In this document: positions 9,452 through 17,787 of the stretch, one piece after another
How the letters are laid out: each line of letters opens with the position of its first letter
Numbering within the stretch: position 1 is the stretch's first letter
Source: an uncultured Candidatus Entotheonella sp.
GTDB lineage: Bacteria > Tectomicrobia > Entotheonellia > Entotheonellales > Entotheonellaceae
Reading direction: 5' to 3'
NCBI GenBank assembly: GCA_965217185.1
Contig: OZ244252.1
Coordinates: 2,624,001-2,688,000 of the forward strand
DNA length: 64,000 nt
Notes under the pieces: generated by a model
The model's input: the letters and a program-made list of their open reading frames with translations, nothing else
Databases searched by the model: none
What the model was told of the DNA's origin: nothing
Made by a program: the position numbers and the translations under genes

Positions 9452-10633
9452 ATGAAACTGACGGGCTACGAGACCCTGCACTGCGACGCCGGGTGGCGGG
9501 TGTTCTCGTTCTTGAAACTGACCACGGACGAGGGTCTGCACGGCATCTCCGAGTATAACGAGAGTTACGGCAGCCCCGGTCTCAGCGGGGTCATCGAGAA
9601 TCTGGCGAACCGCCTGATAGGCAGGGATCCCTGCTCCCACGAACTCTTGAGCCAGCAGCTCTATGCCATCACTCGGCAAGCCTGCGGAGGGATGACGCAG
9701 CAGGCGATTGCGGCCATTGAGAACGCTCTGCTCGACATCAAGGGCAAGGCCCTGGGCGTGCCGGTGCACGCGCTGCTCGGCGGGGCGGTTCGGGACCGCT
9801 TGCCGCTGTATTGGTCGCACTGCGGCACGTACCGCATGGCCACCAACTCGGCGCAGATCATGGGCAAGCCAAAACTCGAACGCGTCGAGGACCTTGTGGC
9901 GCTGGGTCAGGAAGTCCGCGAGCGCGGGTTCAAAGCCCTGAAGACCAACATCTTCCTGTTCGACGGTGAGCCGCGCCTGCACATGCCGGGTTTCGGCGGC
10001 ACGCCGGGGTGGCCGTCGCTGAATGCCGAGCGATCCGTCATCAACGCCCTGCGCACCCAACTGGAGGCGCTGCGCGCCGGCGCCGGCCCCGACGTCGGCA
10101 TCCTGCTCGACCTCAATTTCAACTTCAAGACCGAGGGCTACCTGCAAGTGACACGCGCGCTTGACGACCTCGGCCTCTTCTGGTTCGAGCTGGACATCTA
10201 CGATCCCGCCTCGCTGCGGCGCATCCGCGACGCGCTGCGGACACCAGTCGCCTCCTGCGAGTCGCTGTTCGGCGTGCGCGGCTTCAAGCCTTATTTCGAG
10301 CACTACGCCATGGACGTGGCCATCATCGACGTGCCGTGGAACGGCATCTGGCAGGGGCTGAAAATCGCCGCCATGGCCGAAGCCTACGAGGTCAACGTGG
10401 CGCCGCACAACTTTTACGGCCACCTCTCGACCCTGATGAGCGCCCACCTGTGCGCCGCTGTGCCCAATTTCCGCATCATGGAAATCGACGTCGACGACGT
10501 GCCGTGGAAGGACGACATCGTGACGTACGTGCCGGAAATCGAGAACGGGCAGCTTCGGGTACCCAACGCCCCCGGCTGGGGCACCGACCTGAACGAGGAA
10601 GCCATTCGCGCCCATCCCCCCTTGCCACGCTGA
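9452..10633 (+). CDS. Mandelate racemase/muconate lactonizing enzyme family protein
   Basis: IENALLDIKGKALGVPVHALLGG, ALKTN, DLN, ASCE, APHN, PGWG. Confidence 0.92.
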   Translation: MKLTGYETLHCDAGWRVFSFLKLTTDEGLHGISEYNESYGSPGLSGVIENLANRLIGRDPCSHELLSQQLYAITRQACGGMTQQAIAAIENALLDIKGKALGVPVHALLGGAVRDRLPLYWSHCGTYRMATNSAQIMGKPKLERVEDLVALGQEVRERGFKALKTNIFLFDGEPRLHMPGFGGTPGWPSLNAERSVINALRTQLEALRAGAGPDVGILLDLNFNFKTEGYLQVTRALDDLGLFWFELDIYDPASLRRIRDALRTPVASCESLFGVRGFKPYFEHYAMDVAIIDVPWNGIWQGLKIAAMAEAYEVNVAPHNFYGHLSTLMSAHLCAAVPNFRIMEIDVDDVPWKDDIVTYVPEIENGQLRVPNAPGWGTDLNEEAIRAHPPLPR

Positions 10634-10656
10634 CACGCCAGGAAGGAATCCAAGGC

Positions 10657-11850
10657 ATGACGACGAAGCCGCTGCACGGAATCAAAGTATTGGACCTGAC
10701 ACGGGTCCTCGCCGGCCCCTATTGCACCATGCTGCTCGCCGACATGGGCGCCGACGTGGTGAAGGTGGAACGCCCCGGCGCCGGGGACGACACCCGCGCC
10801 TACGGTCCGCCGTTCGTCAATGGCGAGAGCGCCTATTTCATGAGCATCAACCGCAACAAGAGAAGCCTGACACTGAACCTCAAGCACGCCGACGGGTTGA
10901 AGGTGCTGGAGCGGCTGATCGCCACGGCGGACGTGCTGGTGGAGAATTTCCGGCCGGGCACCATGGAATCGTTCGGTTATGAGTACGAAAAAGCGCGCGC
11001 GGTCAACCCGCGCCTGATCTTCTGCTCCATATCGGGCTTCGGCCACACCGGCCCGAAGGCCGCCCTGCCGGGTTACGACCTGATCATCCAGGGCGAAGGC
11101 GGCGTCTCCAGCCTCACCGGCAGCCCGGACGGCCCGCCGTACAAGGTCGGCACCTCGCCGGGCGACGTGGTGGCCGGCATGATGGGCTTCCAGGGTATTC
11201 TGCTGTCGCTGTTGTCGCGCCAGCAAACCGGCTGCGGGCAGAAAATCGACATCGGCATGCTGGACTGCCAGGTGGCACTGTTGACCTATCAGGCGGGCAT
11301 CTACTTTGCCACCGGCGAGAGCCCGACGCGCATGGGCAACCAGCACCCCACCATCACGCCGTACGAGACATATCTCTGTGAAGACGGCTACATCAACCTG
11401 GCCTGCGGCAACGACGCCATGTGGCGGGCGTTCTGCGGCGCTCTGGGACGCACGGACTGGACTGAAGACGCCCGTTTTGCCACCAACGCCGACCGCGTGC
11501 AGCACCGCAAGCAATTGCAGGAGCTGCTCGAGCCGGTCATGCGGCAGAAAACGACGCGCGAATGGGTGGATACGCTGCAGCGGCACGGCATTCCGTGCGG
11601 CGTTATTCAGTCGGTGGGCGAGGTGTGCGAGGACCCGCAAGTAACGGCGCGCGACATGGTGGTCGAGTTGGAGCATCCCAAGGCCGGGCCGCTGCGGGTG
11701 ACGGGGGTGCCGATCAAGCTCTCCGAAACACCGGGGGCCGTGACCACGCCGCCACCGTTGCTGGGCGAACACACCGAACGGGTGCTGTCCGAATGGCTGC
11801 ACATGGACGCCGCGGAGGTCGAACGCCTGCGCAGCGCCAAAGCCCTTTAG
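10657..11850 (+). CDS. CaiB/BaiF (family III) CoA transferase
   Basis: LDLTRVLAGPYCTMLLADMGADVVKVE, NRNKRS, ENFRPG, PPLLGEHT. Confidence 0.95.
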   Translation: MTTKPLHGIKVLDLTRVLAGPYCTMLLADMGADVVKVERPGAGDDTRAYGPPFVNGESAYFMSINRNKRSLTLNLKHADGLKVLERLIATADVLVENFRPGTMESFGYEYEKARAVNPRLIFCSISGFGHTGPKAALPGYDLIIQGEGGVSSLTGSPDGPPYKVGTSPGDVVAGMMGFQGILLSLLSRQQTGCGQKIDIGMLDCQVALLTYQAGIYFATGESPTRMGNQHPTITPYETYLCEDGYINLACGNDAMWRAFCGALGRTDWTEDARFATNADRVQHRKQLQELLEPVMRQKTTREWVDTLQRHGIPCGVIQSVGEVCEDPQVTARDMVVELEHPKAGPLRVTGVPIKLSETPGAVTTPPPLLGEHTERVLSEWLHMDAAEVERLRSAKAL

Positions 11851-11895
11851 GGGCATCACAACCAGGCATTCATCGCAGATGGGTGAGGCAACCAC

Positions 11896-12093
11896 ATGGC
11901 GTACACGATTTGGCGCAAGCCATACGGCAGCGAGGAGTGGGTCTTCGATGGCATGCAGATCGACAGTGAAAAGCTCGCCGATCAAACCTTTTCCATGTAC
12001 CACCTGGCGCCGGGCGAGACCATTCAACTGCGCGATCCGGACGGCTTCGTGATTGAAGAACGGCGCGACGAATCGCGGCCGTTTCCCAACTGA
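11896..12093 (+). CDS. Hypothetical protein, 65 aa
   Basis: GAGG RBS; host-like codon usage; co-oriented with neighbours. Confidence 0.65.
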   Translation: MAYTIWRKPYGSEEWVFDGMQIDSEKLADQTFSMYHLAPGETIQLRDPDGFVIEERRDESRPFPN

Positions 12094-12108
12094 TTGAGGA
12101 ATTGATCA

Positions 12109-13176
12109 ATGGTTGAAAACCCTACTCCTGACGATTTCGAAATCGATTCCACCGAGGAATCTTCTGACGAAGAACGAGATCAACTCAGATACGAGATCTC
12201 TTACTACCCCTCTGATGTGACCCTAAAGGGCTACCTGGACAAGTGGAACGCCAAGCAACTTCTGATCCCCGAATTCCAAAGGGCGTACGTTTGGGATCAG
12301 ACTCGCGCCAGCAAGCTTATTGAATCATTCTTGCTGGGTCTTCCGGTTCCCGGTGTATTCCTTTACAAGGAGCGCCCAACCAATAAACAACTGGTAATTG
12401 ACGGGCAGCAACGAATCCTTTCAGCAATACGATTCTTCGAAGGCAGCTTTGACGATCGGGCGTTTCGGTTGAAGAACGTCGATCCTCGCTGGGAGGGAAA
12501 AACCTTTCAGGAGCTGTTGGAGCGGGATCAAATACAACTGAATGACTCGGTTCTCCGGGCCACAGTCGTTCAGCAACTCGACCCAGGCGATAACACGAGC
12601 GTCTATCACATCTTCGAGCGACTGAATAGCGGTGGTGTAAAACTCAGCGCGATGGAGGTCCGAAAATGCGTTTACGCTGGCCCATTCTTTCAGTTGCTCG
12701 AAACACTGAACAAAGATACTAACTGGCAGGCGATCCTGGGTAGAAGTGACCCCGACGGACGATTGCGCGACGTTGAACTCGTCCTTCGTTTTCTCGCCAT
12801 GAGGGAAGGATGGATGAACTATGAAAAACCCATGAAGAAGTTTCTTAACGACCTCATGGTGAGCAAGCAAAAACTCAGTGAGACGGAAACAGAAAAAATC
12901 CGTCTTATGTTCGAACAGACCTGCGCCGATGTTGTTCAGCAACTTGGCGAGAAGCCTTTTCATCTGCGATCACGCACCCTTAATCCTGGCATGTTGGACG
13001 CGGTCATGGTGATGATGTCTCTTGCGAGAGACAAGGGCATTACAGATGGAGGTAAACGCTACCAAACCTTGCGGTCTGATCAGGCTTTTCTCGATACTGT
13101 TCTGACCCGATACACAAGTGAAACCCACATGGTTAGACAACGGTTTGAACATGCGAAACAGATAATGCTCGGATAG
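12109..13176 (+). CDS. DUF262 (GmrSD N-terminal/ParB-like) domain protein
   Basis: PEFQRAYVW, LIESFLLGLPVP, VIDGQQR, IFERLNSGG; lower GC than flanks. Confidence 0.9.
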   Translation: MVENPTPDDFEIDSTEESSDEERDQLRYEISYYPSDVTLKGYLDKWNAKQLLIPEFQRAYVWDQTRASKLIESFLLGLPVPGVFLYKERPTNKQLVIDGQQRILSAIRFFEGSFDDRAFRLKNVDPRWEGKTFQELLERDQIQLNDSVLRATVVQQLDPGDNTSVYHIFERLNSGGVKLSAMEVRKCVYAGPFFQLLETLNKDTNWQAILGRSDPDGRLRDVELVLRFLAMREGWMNYEKPMKKFLNDLMVSKQKLSETETEKIRLMFEQTCADVVQQLGEKPFHLRSRTLNPGMLDAVMVMMSLARDKGITDGGKRYQTLRSDQAFLDTVLTRYTSETHMVRQRFEHAKQIMLG

Positions 13177-13205
13177 CGCCAACCCTTGCCTTGTTGCAGC
13201 CCACT

Positions 13206-13673
13206 ATGCCTGGATACCTCGTTCGAACCCAAGCTGTATTCGAAGAATGCGAACAGCATCTTCAAAGCGCCGAGGCGGCTGGGTCTCCTATAGAATCGTA
13301 TTTCACCGAGCACATACTTGTTGTGCTATGCGGCGACGTGCAGGGGGCGCTCTATACCATTGCGGACGAGCGAGCCCAACAGGCGTCCGATCTGGCTCTC
13401 CACATATTTGTGTCTGAAGCAAGCGTCAAGCTCCTTCGAAGCGTGCAAAAGAATGAAATTGCGGCCTTTATTGGGTTCTTCGGGCCAGCATACAAAGAAG
13501 CATTCAACAACTCGCTCGATGAGCGCGACGTCACGACCTACAACAACGCGGTACGTCAAAGGCACCAAGTGGCGCATCATGGAGGCGGCACAATGACGTT
13601 CCGGGAACTCCCCGACGCAATTGCGGCAGCAAACAAAATTCTGGATTCGGCACGGACAGCCCTCACACTATGA
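13206..13673 (+). CDS. HEPN domain protein (RiboL-PSP/MAE_28990-like), putative RNase
   Basis: Helical-looking protein of about 155 aa with Rx4H motif RHQVAH; directly after the DUF262 gene. Confidence 0.8.
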   Translation: MPGYLVRTQAVFEECEQHLQSAEAAGSPIESYFTEHILVVLCGDVQGALYTIADERAQQASDLALHIFVSEASVKLLRSVQKNEIAAFIGFFGPAYKEAFNNSLDERDVTTYNNAVRQRHQVAHHGGGTMTFRELPDAIAAANKILDSARTALTL

Positions 13674-13689
13674 AACGCCAAAGGTGGGC

Positions 13690-13890
13690 TCATCCTTTGA
13701 CGTCCCCTCCTTCTTCGAGCCACCACGGGTAGGCGGGTTCCTCGTCGATCGTGACGGTTAATCCGTCGTGGGGCCGCAGACGTTGGATGGCCTTCCTGGC
13801 GATCTCCCGCTTGGCCTCGGTATCCACGACGATGCGGGAATCCGGGGCGGCTTTGCGGATGCGTTTCTCCAGCATTTCAAGCCACGTCAT
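13690..13890 (-). CDS. Hypothetical protein, 66 aa
   Basis: AGGAG RBS; downstream of purM on the same strand. Confidence 0.6.
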   Translation of the reverse strand: MTWLEMLEKRIRKAAPDSRIVVDTEAKREIARKAIQRLRPHDGLTVTIDEEPAYPWWLEEGGDVKG

Positions 13891-13912
13891 CGAATGACTC
13901 TCCTAAAGCCAA

Positions 13913-15037
13913 TCACCACGGGTCACTAAGCAGATCGCCGGGGTTGAAACAGCCGCGGCTGCGTAGGCGGATACCGGGTTCTGCTGTGACGGCTCCGACC
14001 ACCTGCGCAGTGATGCCGTGGCGTTCGGCGACCGCCAGCACGGCGTCGGGTTGCGGCGTGCAGAGCAGCATGCCGTGGCCCATGTTCCACACCCGGTAGG
14101 CTTCCCGGTCGCTCACCGGCCCGTGCGTCTGCAAGTACGCCAGCAGCGGCCCTGGTGGTAAAGGTGAAGTCAGGTCAGCGCCCAGATTAGCGCGACGCAG
14201 CAGGCGCCAGAGCTTGCCCGGCACCCCGCCGCCGGTGACGTGCACGACGCCGTGCAGCGGCGCTTGCGGCTCGCCGTGGATGCCGCCAAGCATGTCGACG
14301 ACGGCCTTGGTGAAAATGCGCGACGGCTGCAAAGCCAGCTCGCCCAAAGTCGTCTCGCCGTGCGGCACGGTGTGCCAGTCGCCGCCGTGTAGGCGCTGCA
14401 GAATCTGACGCAGCAAGGTGTAGCCATTCGAGCGACAGCCGGTTTCGGCCAGGCCCACGATGGCGTCGCCGGCACGCACCGCAGCACCGCTCAGCAATCG
14501 GTCGCGGCGGGCGAACCACACCACGCCGGCGCCCCAGTTGCAGGTGAAGGGGCCATAGCCGTTGAGACGCGAGCCGCATTCCGCCAGTTCGCCGTTGAGC
14601 ACGGCAACGCCGGCAGCATCAGCGGCCGATACGTAGCCCTCGGCAAGCTGGGCGACAGCGTCGAGGTGCACGCGGTTCACGTCCAGAACGGTACCCACCA
14701 GCACCGGCTCGGCGCCCTGGGTGACGGCGTCATCGCACACCATGGCAAACAGATCGTGGGCCAGGGTGTCCCAGACGCCCATGCGCTCGGCAATTTCGAT
14801 CTTGCTGCCAATGCCGTCGAAGCCGATCCCCAACACCGTATCGCTCGGCAGGTTTCCCACCTCGATGGCGCGTATGCCGGAGAAATCGTCGTGCGGTATA
14901 ATCACGGCGCCCAGACGGTCCTGCCGCTGTTGCCAGGTTTGCTGGGCGGCCTCGTAGAGCAGGCGCGAGGCGGCGTCGCCGAGTTCCAGATCGACACCTG
15001 CGGCGGCGTAGGTAACAGGATCACGTGTTTCTGCCAT
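13913..15037 (-). CDS. purM: Phosphoribosylformylglycinamidine cyclo-ligase (AIR synthase)
   Basis: TYAAAGVD, DGIGSK, NGELAE, RSNGYTL, HVTGGG, WNMGHGM. Confidence 0.88.
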   Translation of the reverse strand: MAETRDPVTYAAAGVDLELGDAASRLLYEAAQQTWQQRQDRLGAVIIPHDDFSGIRAIEVGNLPSDTVLGIGFDGIGSKIEIAERMGVWDTLAHDLFAMVCDDAVTQGAEPVLVGTVLDVNRVHLDAVAQLAEGYVSAADAAGVAVLNGELAECGSRLNGYGPFTCNWGAGVVWFARRDRLLSGAAVRAGDAIVGLAETGCRSNGYTLLRQILQRLHGGDWHTVPHGETTLGELALQPSRIFTKAVVDMLGGIHGEPQAPLHGVVHVTGGGVPGKLWRLLRRANLGADLTSPLPPGPLLAYLQTHGPVSDREAYRVWNMGHGMLLCTPQPDAVLAVAERHGITAQVVGAVTAEPGIRLRSRGCFNPGDLLSDPW

Positions 15038-15069
15038 GAAGTGCCTCAGCCCGAGGAAAGGAGGGGGAA

Positions 15070-15282
15070 ATGTCCGAACAGCCGCACTACAAGACGCTGG
15101 AGGCGTCAGAGTTATTTTGCCAGCGCTGCCGACAGTCGCAGCCCGTGCGCCAACATTTGTTGCTGGTCCTGCCGACGGGGAACAAGTACGACTACCGCTG
15201 TGCGGTCTGCGCGACCTCGGTGGGATCGAAAATGGATTCGGACGCCAGCGATTTCTCCACCCTACTTTCCGGTCGGAAATAA
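15070..15282 (+). CDS. Small zinc-ribbon protein, 70 aa
   Basis: CQRC...LLLVLPTG..YDYRCAVC; GGAGGGGG RBS. Confidence 0.75.
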   Translation: MSEQPHYKTLEASELFCQRCRQSQPVRQHLLLVLPTGNKYDYRCAVCATSVGSKMDSDASDFSTLLSGRK

Positions 15283-15355
15283 CACCTGCCCTGCCGGTCC
15301 CTTCTCCAGAAGCCCGAATACGCCCTCTCAAGGTAAGGACGCCCTACCGGCAAGC

Positions 15356-16552
15356 TCAGAACAGGTCCGTCAAAATACCGTACCCGCCCACGTAGGTGCC
15401 GATGAGGCTGCCGAGCGTCGGCAGGATGAACGCCAGGAAGATGCGCAGGAGCCGGTTGCGCCACCAGTTCCCTGGAACCCGCATGTCCTCCGCAATGGTC
15501 TGCAGTTCGTGAACCAGGGGCGGGGCGACGTACGCCTGCACGAAGGCGGTGACGTATCCGGCGCCGATGACCGGGGTCAGGCTGGTGAGCGGCGCGGCCA
15601 CGAGGCCGGCGAGAATCGTCAGCGGATGCGCAAGCGCCAGGGTGGCGCCGATGGCGCAGGGAATGGCGTTGACCAGAATCCAGTAGAGCACGCTGTCGCC
15701 CATAGCAGCGGCGCCCTTCTGCCAGCCGATGGCGGCAATGACCGCGATGATCAGGGCGGGAACGGCCCAGCCCAGCCACTTGCCGATTGGCAGTGTCGCC
15801 GGCACGGTATCGAGGGCATCCAAATCGACCGGTGACGAAGCTCGCAACGCCCGCGCAATGCCGGGCACGTGCGCCGCGCCCACCACGCCCACCACGCGTT
15901 GCCCCTCGGACTGCCGCATTTTTTCCGCCAGGTACAGATCCCGCTCGTCGATGAGCACCTTGTGTAGCGCTGGGAACATGGTGCCGAGTTCCTGAAGCAG
16001 CTCGGTGAGAACGTCCTTCTTCCGGATGTCGCGCAAGTCGTCTTCAGATACGCGGGTGCTGTCGAACATGCTGCCGATCAACGCCGACAGCAGCCAGAAC
16101 TTGCGCAGGAACGACGTGGAACGCCAGGCTCGCAGCATGGTCACCCGCACCGCGCGGTCGCACAGCGCCACGGGGATGTCGTGCTCCTCCGCAACCTTGG
16201 TCGCCTCCAGCAATTCTATGCCCGGCGTCACCCCCAGTTGACCCCCCAGCCGCTTCTGGTAGGAAGCCAGGATCAGGTTGGCCAGCAGCGCGCTGAGCTG
16301 ACGCTTGCGAATGACCTCCTTCAGGTCGAGGTCCTCCCACCGGCTGCCCGCCGACAGCGCCGCGTAGCGCTGCGCGTCCAACTCCACGCACACGCAATCC
16401 GGCTGCTCCTTGCCGATGACCTGCCGCACCAGATCGGCGGACTCCTGCGAAATGTGTGCCGTGCCCACCAACAGGAACGTGCGCCCCTGGTGCTCCACGA
16501 TTTGCACGTCAGACGGGTATTGATCGGAATCGAACGATGCGGGGTCGGACAA
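15356..16552 (-). CDS. TraB/GumN (pheromone shutdown) family protein
   Basis: LVGTAHIS, CVELD, LIDERD, VVGAAHVPGI, C-terminal TM helices; TTG start assumed. Confidence 0.88.
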   Translation of the reverse strand: MSDPASFDSDQYPSDVQIVEHQGRTFLLVGTAHISQESADLVRQVIGKEQPDCVCVELDAQRYAALSAGSRWEDLDLKEVIRKRQLSALLANLILASYQKRLGGQLGVTPGIELLEATKVAEEHDIPVALCDRAVRVTMLRAWRSTSFLRKFWLLSALIGSMFDSTRVSEDDLRDIRKKDVLTELLQELGTMFPALHKVLIDERDLYLAEKMRQSEGQRVVGVVGAAHVPGIARALRASSPVDLDALDTVPATLPIGKWLGWAVPALIIAVIAAIGWQKGAAAMGDSVLYWILVNAIPCAIGATLALAHPLTILAGLVAAPLTSLTPVIGAGYVTAFVQAYVAPPLVHELQTIAEDMRVPGNWWRNRLLRIFLAFILPTLGSLIGTYVGGYGILTDLF

Positions 16553-16707
16553 GGTGTTCGCTTTCGTTGGCGGTCTCGGAAACCGGTTGGGATGGGCTAG
16601 CCTGTGGTCGGGAAAGAATAACACGCCGTGCAGCGCCCGGCGAGGTTGTGTCACAATTTGGGCTTCACGCGAACAGCATTATCCAGGCACGAAAGGAGCC
16701 ATCGATT

Positions 16708-17715
16708 ATGAGAGTCTTTGAAATTCGCGACGCGTTCGGCATCGACAACCTGAAGCTGGCGGAGCGGCAGGAAGCGGCCTTGCAGCCGGGGCAGACGCGG
16801 GTTCGGGTGCGGGCAACGTCGCTGAATTACCGGGATCTGATGACCGTCAAGCACGGCGGCGCCCGGGGCGTGCGGGTGCCGCTGATCCCGCTGTCGGACG
16901 GCGCCGGGGAGGTTGTCGAGGTTGGCCCGGGCGTAAGCCGCGTCAAGCCGGGGGACCGGGTCATGGGCATTTTCATGCAGACCTGGCTGGCCGGGGAACC
17001 GACGCAGGCGCATGCCGAATCGGCACTGGGCGGTGCGATCGACGGCATGCTGGCGGAACAGGTCGTCCTGCACGAGGACGGCTTGGTGCGCGTGCCCGGT
17101 TATCTGTCGTACGAAGAAGCCGCCACGCTGCCGTGCGCCGCGGTGACCGCCTGGCAGGGGTTGATGACCAAGGGGAGCCTGCAAGCCGGCGATACCATCC
17201 TGGTGCTCGGCACCGGCGGCGTGTCGATCTTCGCGTTGCAATTCGCCGCCATTGCGGGCGCCAAGACCATCATCACCTCCAGCAGCGACGCCAAGCTGGA
17301 GCAGGCCAGGAAGCTCGGGGCAGCCGAGTGCATCAACTACAAAGCCACGCCGGATTGGGAAAAACGGGTGCTGGAACTGACCGACGGCGTTGGCGTGGAT
17401 CACGTGGTGGAAGTTGGCGGCGTGGGCACGCTCGAAAAATCGTTGCAGGCCGTGCGCATCGGCGGCACGGTCAGCCTCATCGGCGTGCTGACGGGCAGCG
17501 GCACCATGGACCCCATGGCGATTCTGCGCAAGAGCATCCGCATGCAGGGCATCTACGTCGGCTCGCGGGCGATGTTCGAGGCCATGAACCGCGCCCTGTC
17601 GCTGCATACCGTGCGGCCGGTCATCGACCGCGCCTTCCCATTCGAGGAATCACGGGAAGCCCTGTCCTACATGGAAAGCGCCGCCCACTTCGGCAAGATC
17701 GTGGTGACCTTGTAA
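16708..17715 (+). CDS. NAD(P)-dependent MDR alcohol dehydrogenase/quinone reductase
   Basis: SLNYRD, PLSDGAG, AATLPCAAVTAW, GTGGVS, HFGKIV. Confidence 0.92.
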   Translation: MRVFEIRDAFGIDNLKLAERQEAALQPGQTRVRVRATSLNYRDLMTVKHGGARGVRVPLIPLSDGAGEVVEVGPGVSRVKPGDRVMGIFMQTWLAGEPTQAHAESALGGAIDGMLAEQVVLHEDGLVRVPGYLSYEEAATLPCAAVTAWQGLMTKGSLQAGDTILVLGTGGVSIFALQFAAIAGAKTIITSSSDAKLEQARKLGAAECINYKATPDWEKRVLELTDGVGVDHVVEVGGVGTLEKSLQAVRIGGTVSLIGVLTGSGTMDPMAILRKSIRMQGIYVGSRAMFEAMNRALSLHTVRPVIDRAFPFEESREALSYMESAAHFGKIVVTL

Positions 17716-17750
17716 GGCAAGATCAGGGCGGCTTCCGTGCCGGCTGTTTA

Positions 17751-17787
17751 GCGGAATGTCGGATTACGCTTCGCTAATCCGACTTAC
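17751..17787 (-). repeat. GTAG-type REP palindrome
   Basis: - strand GTAAGTCGGATTAGCGAAGCGTAATCCGACATTCCGC; contains the recQ stop codon. Confidence 0.9.
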
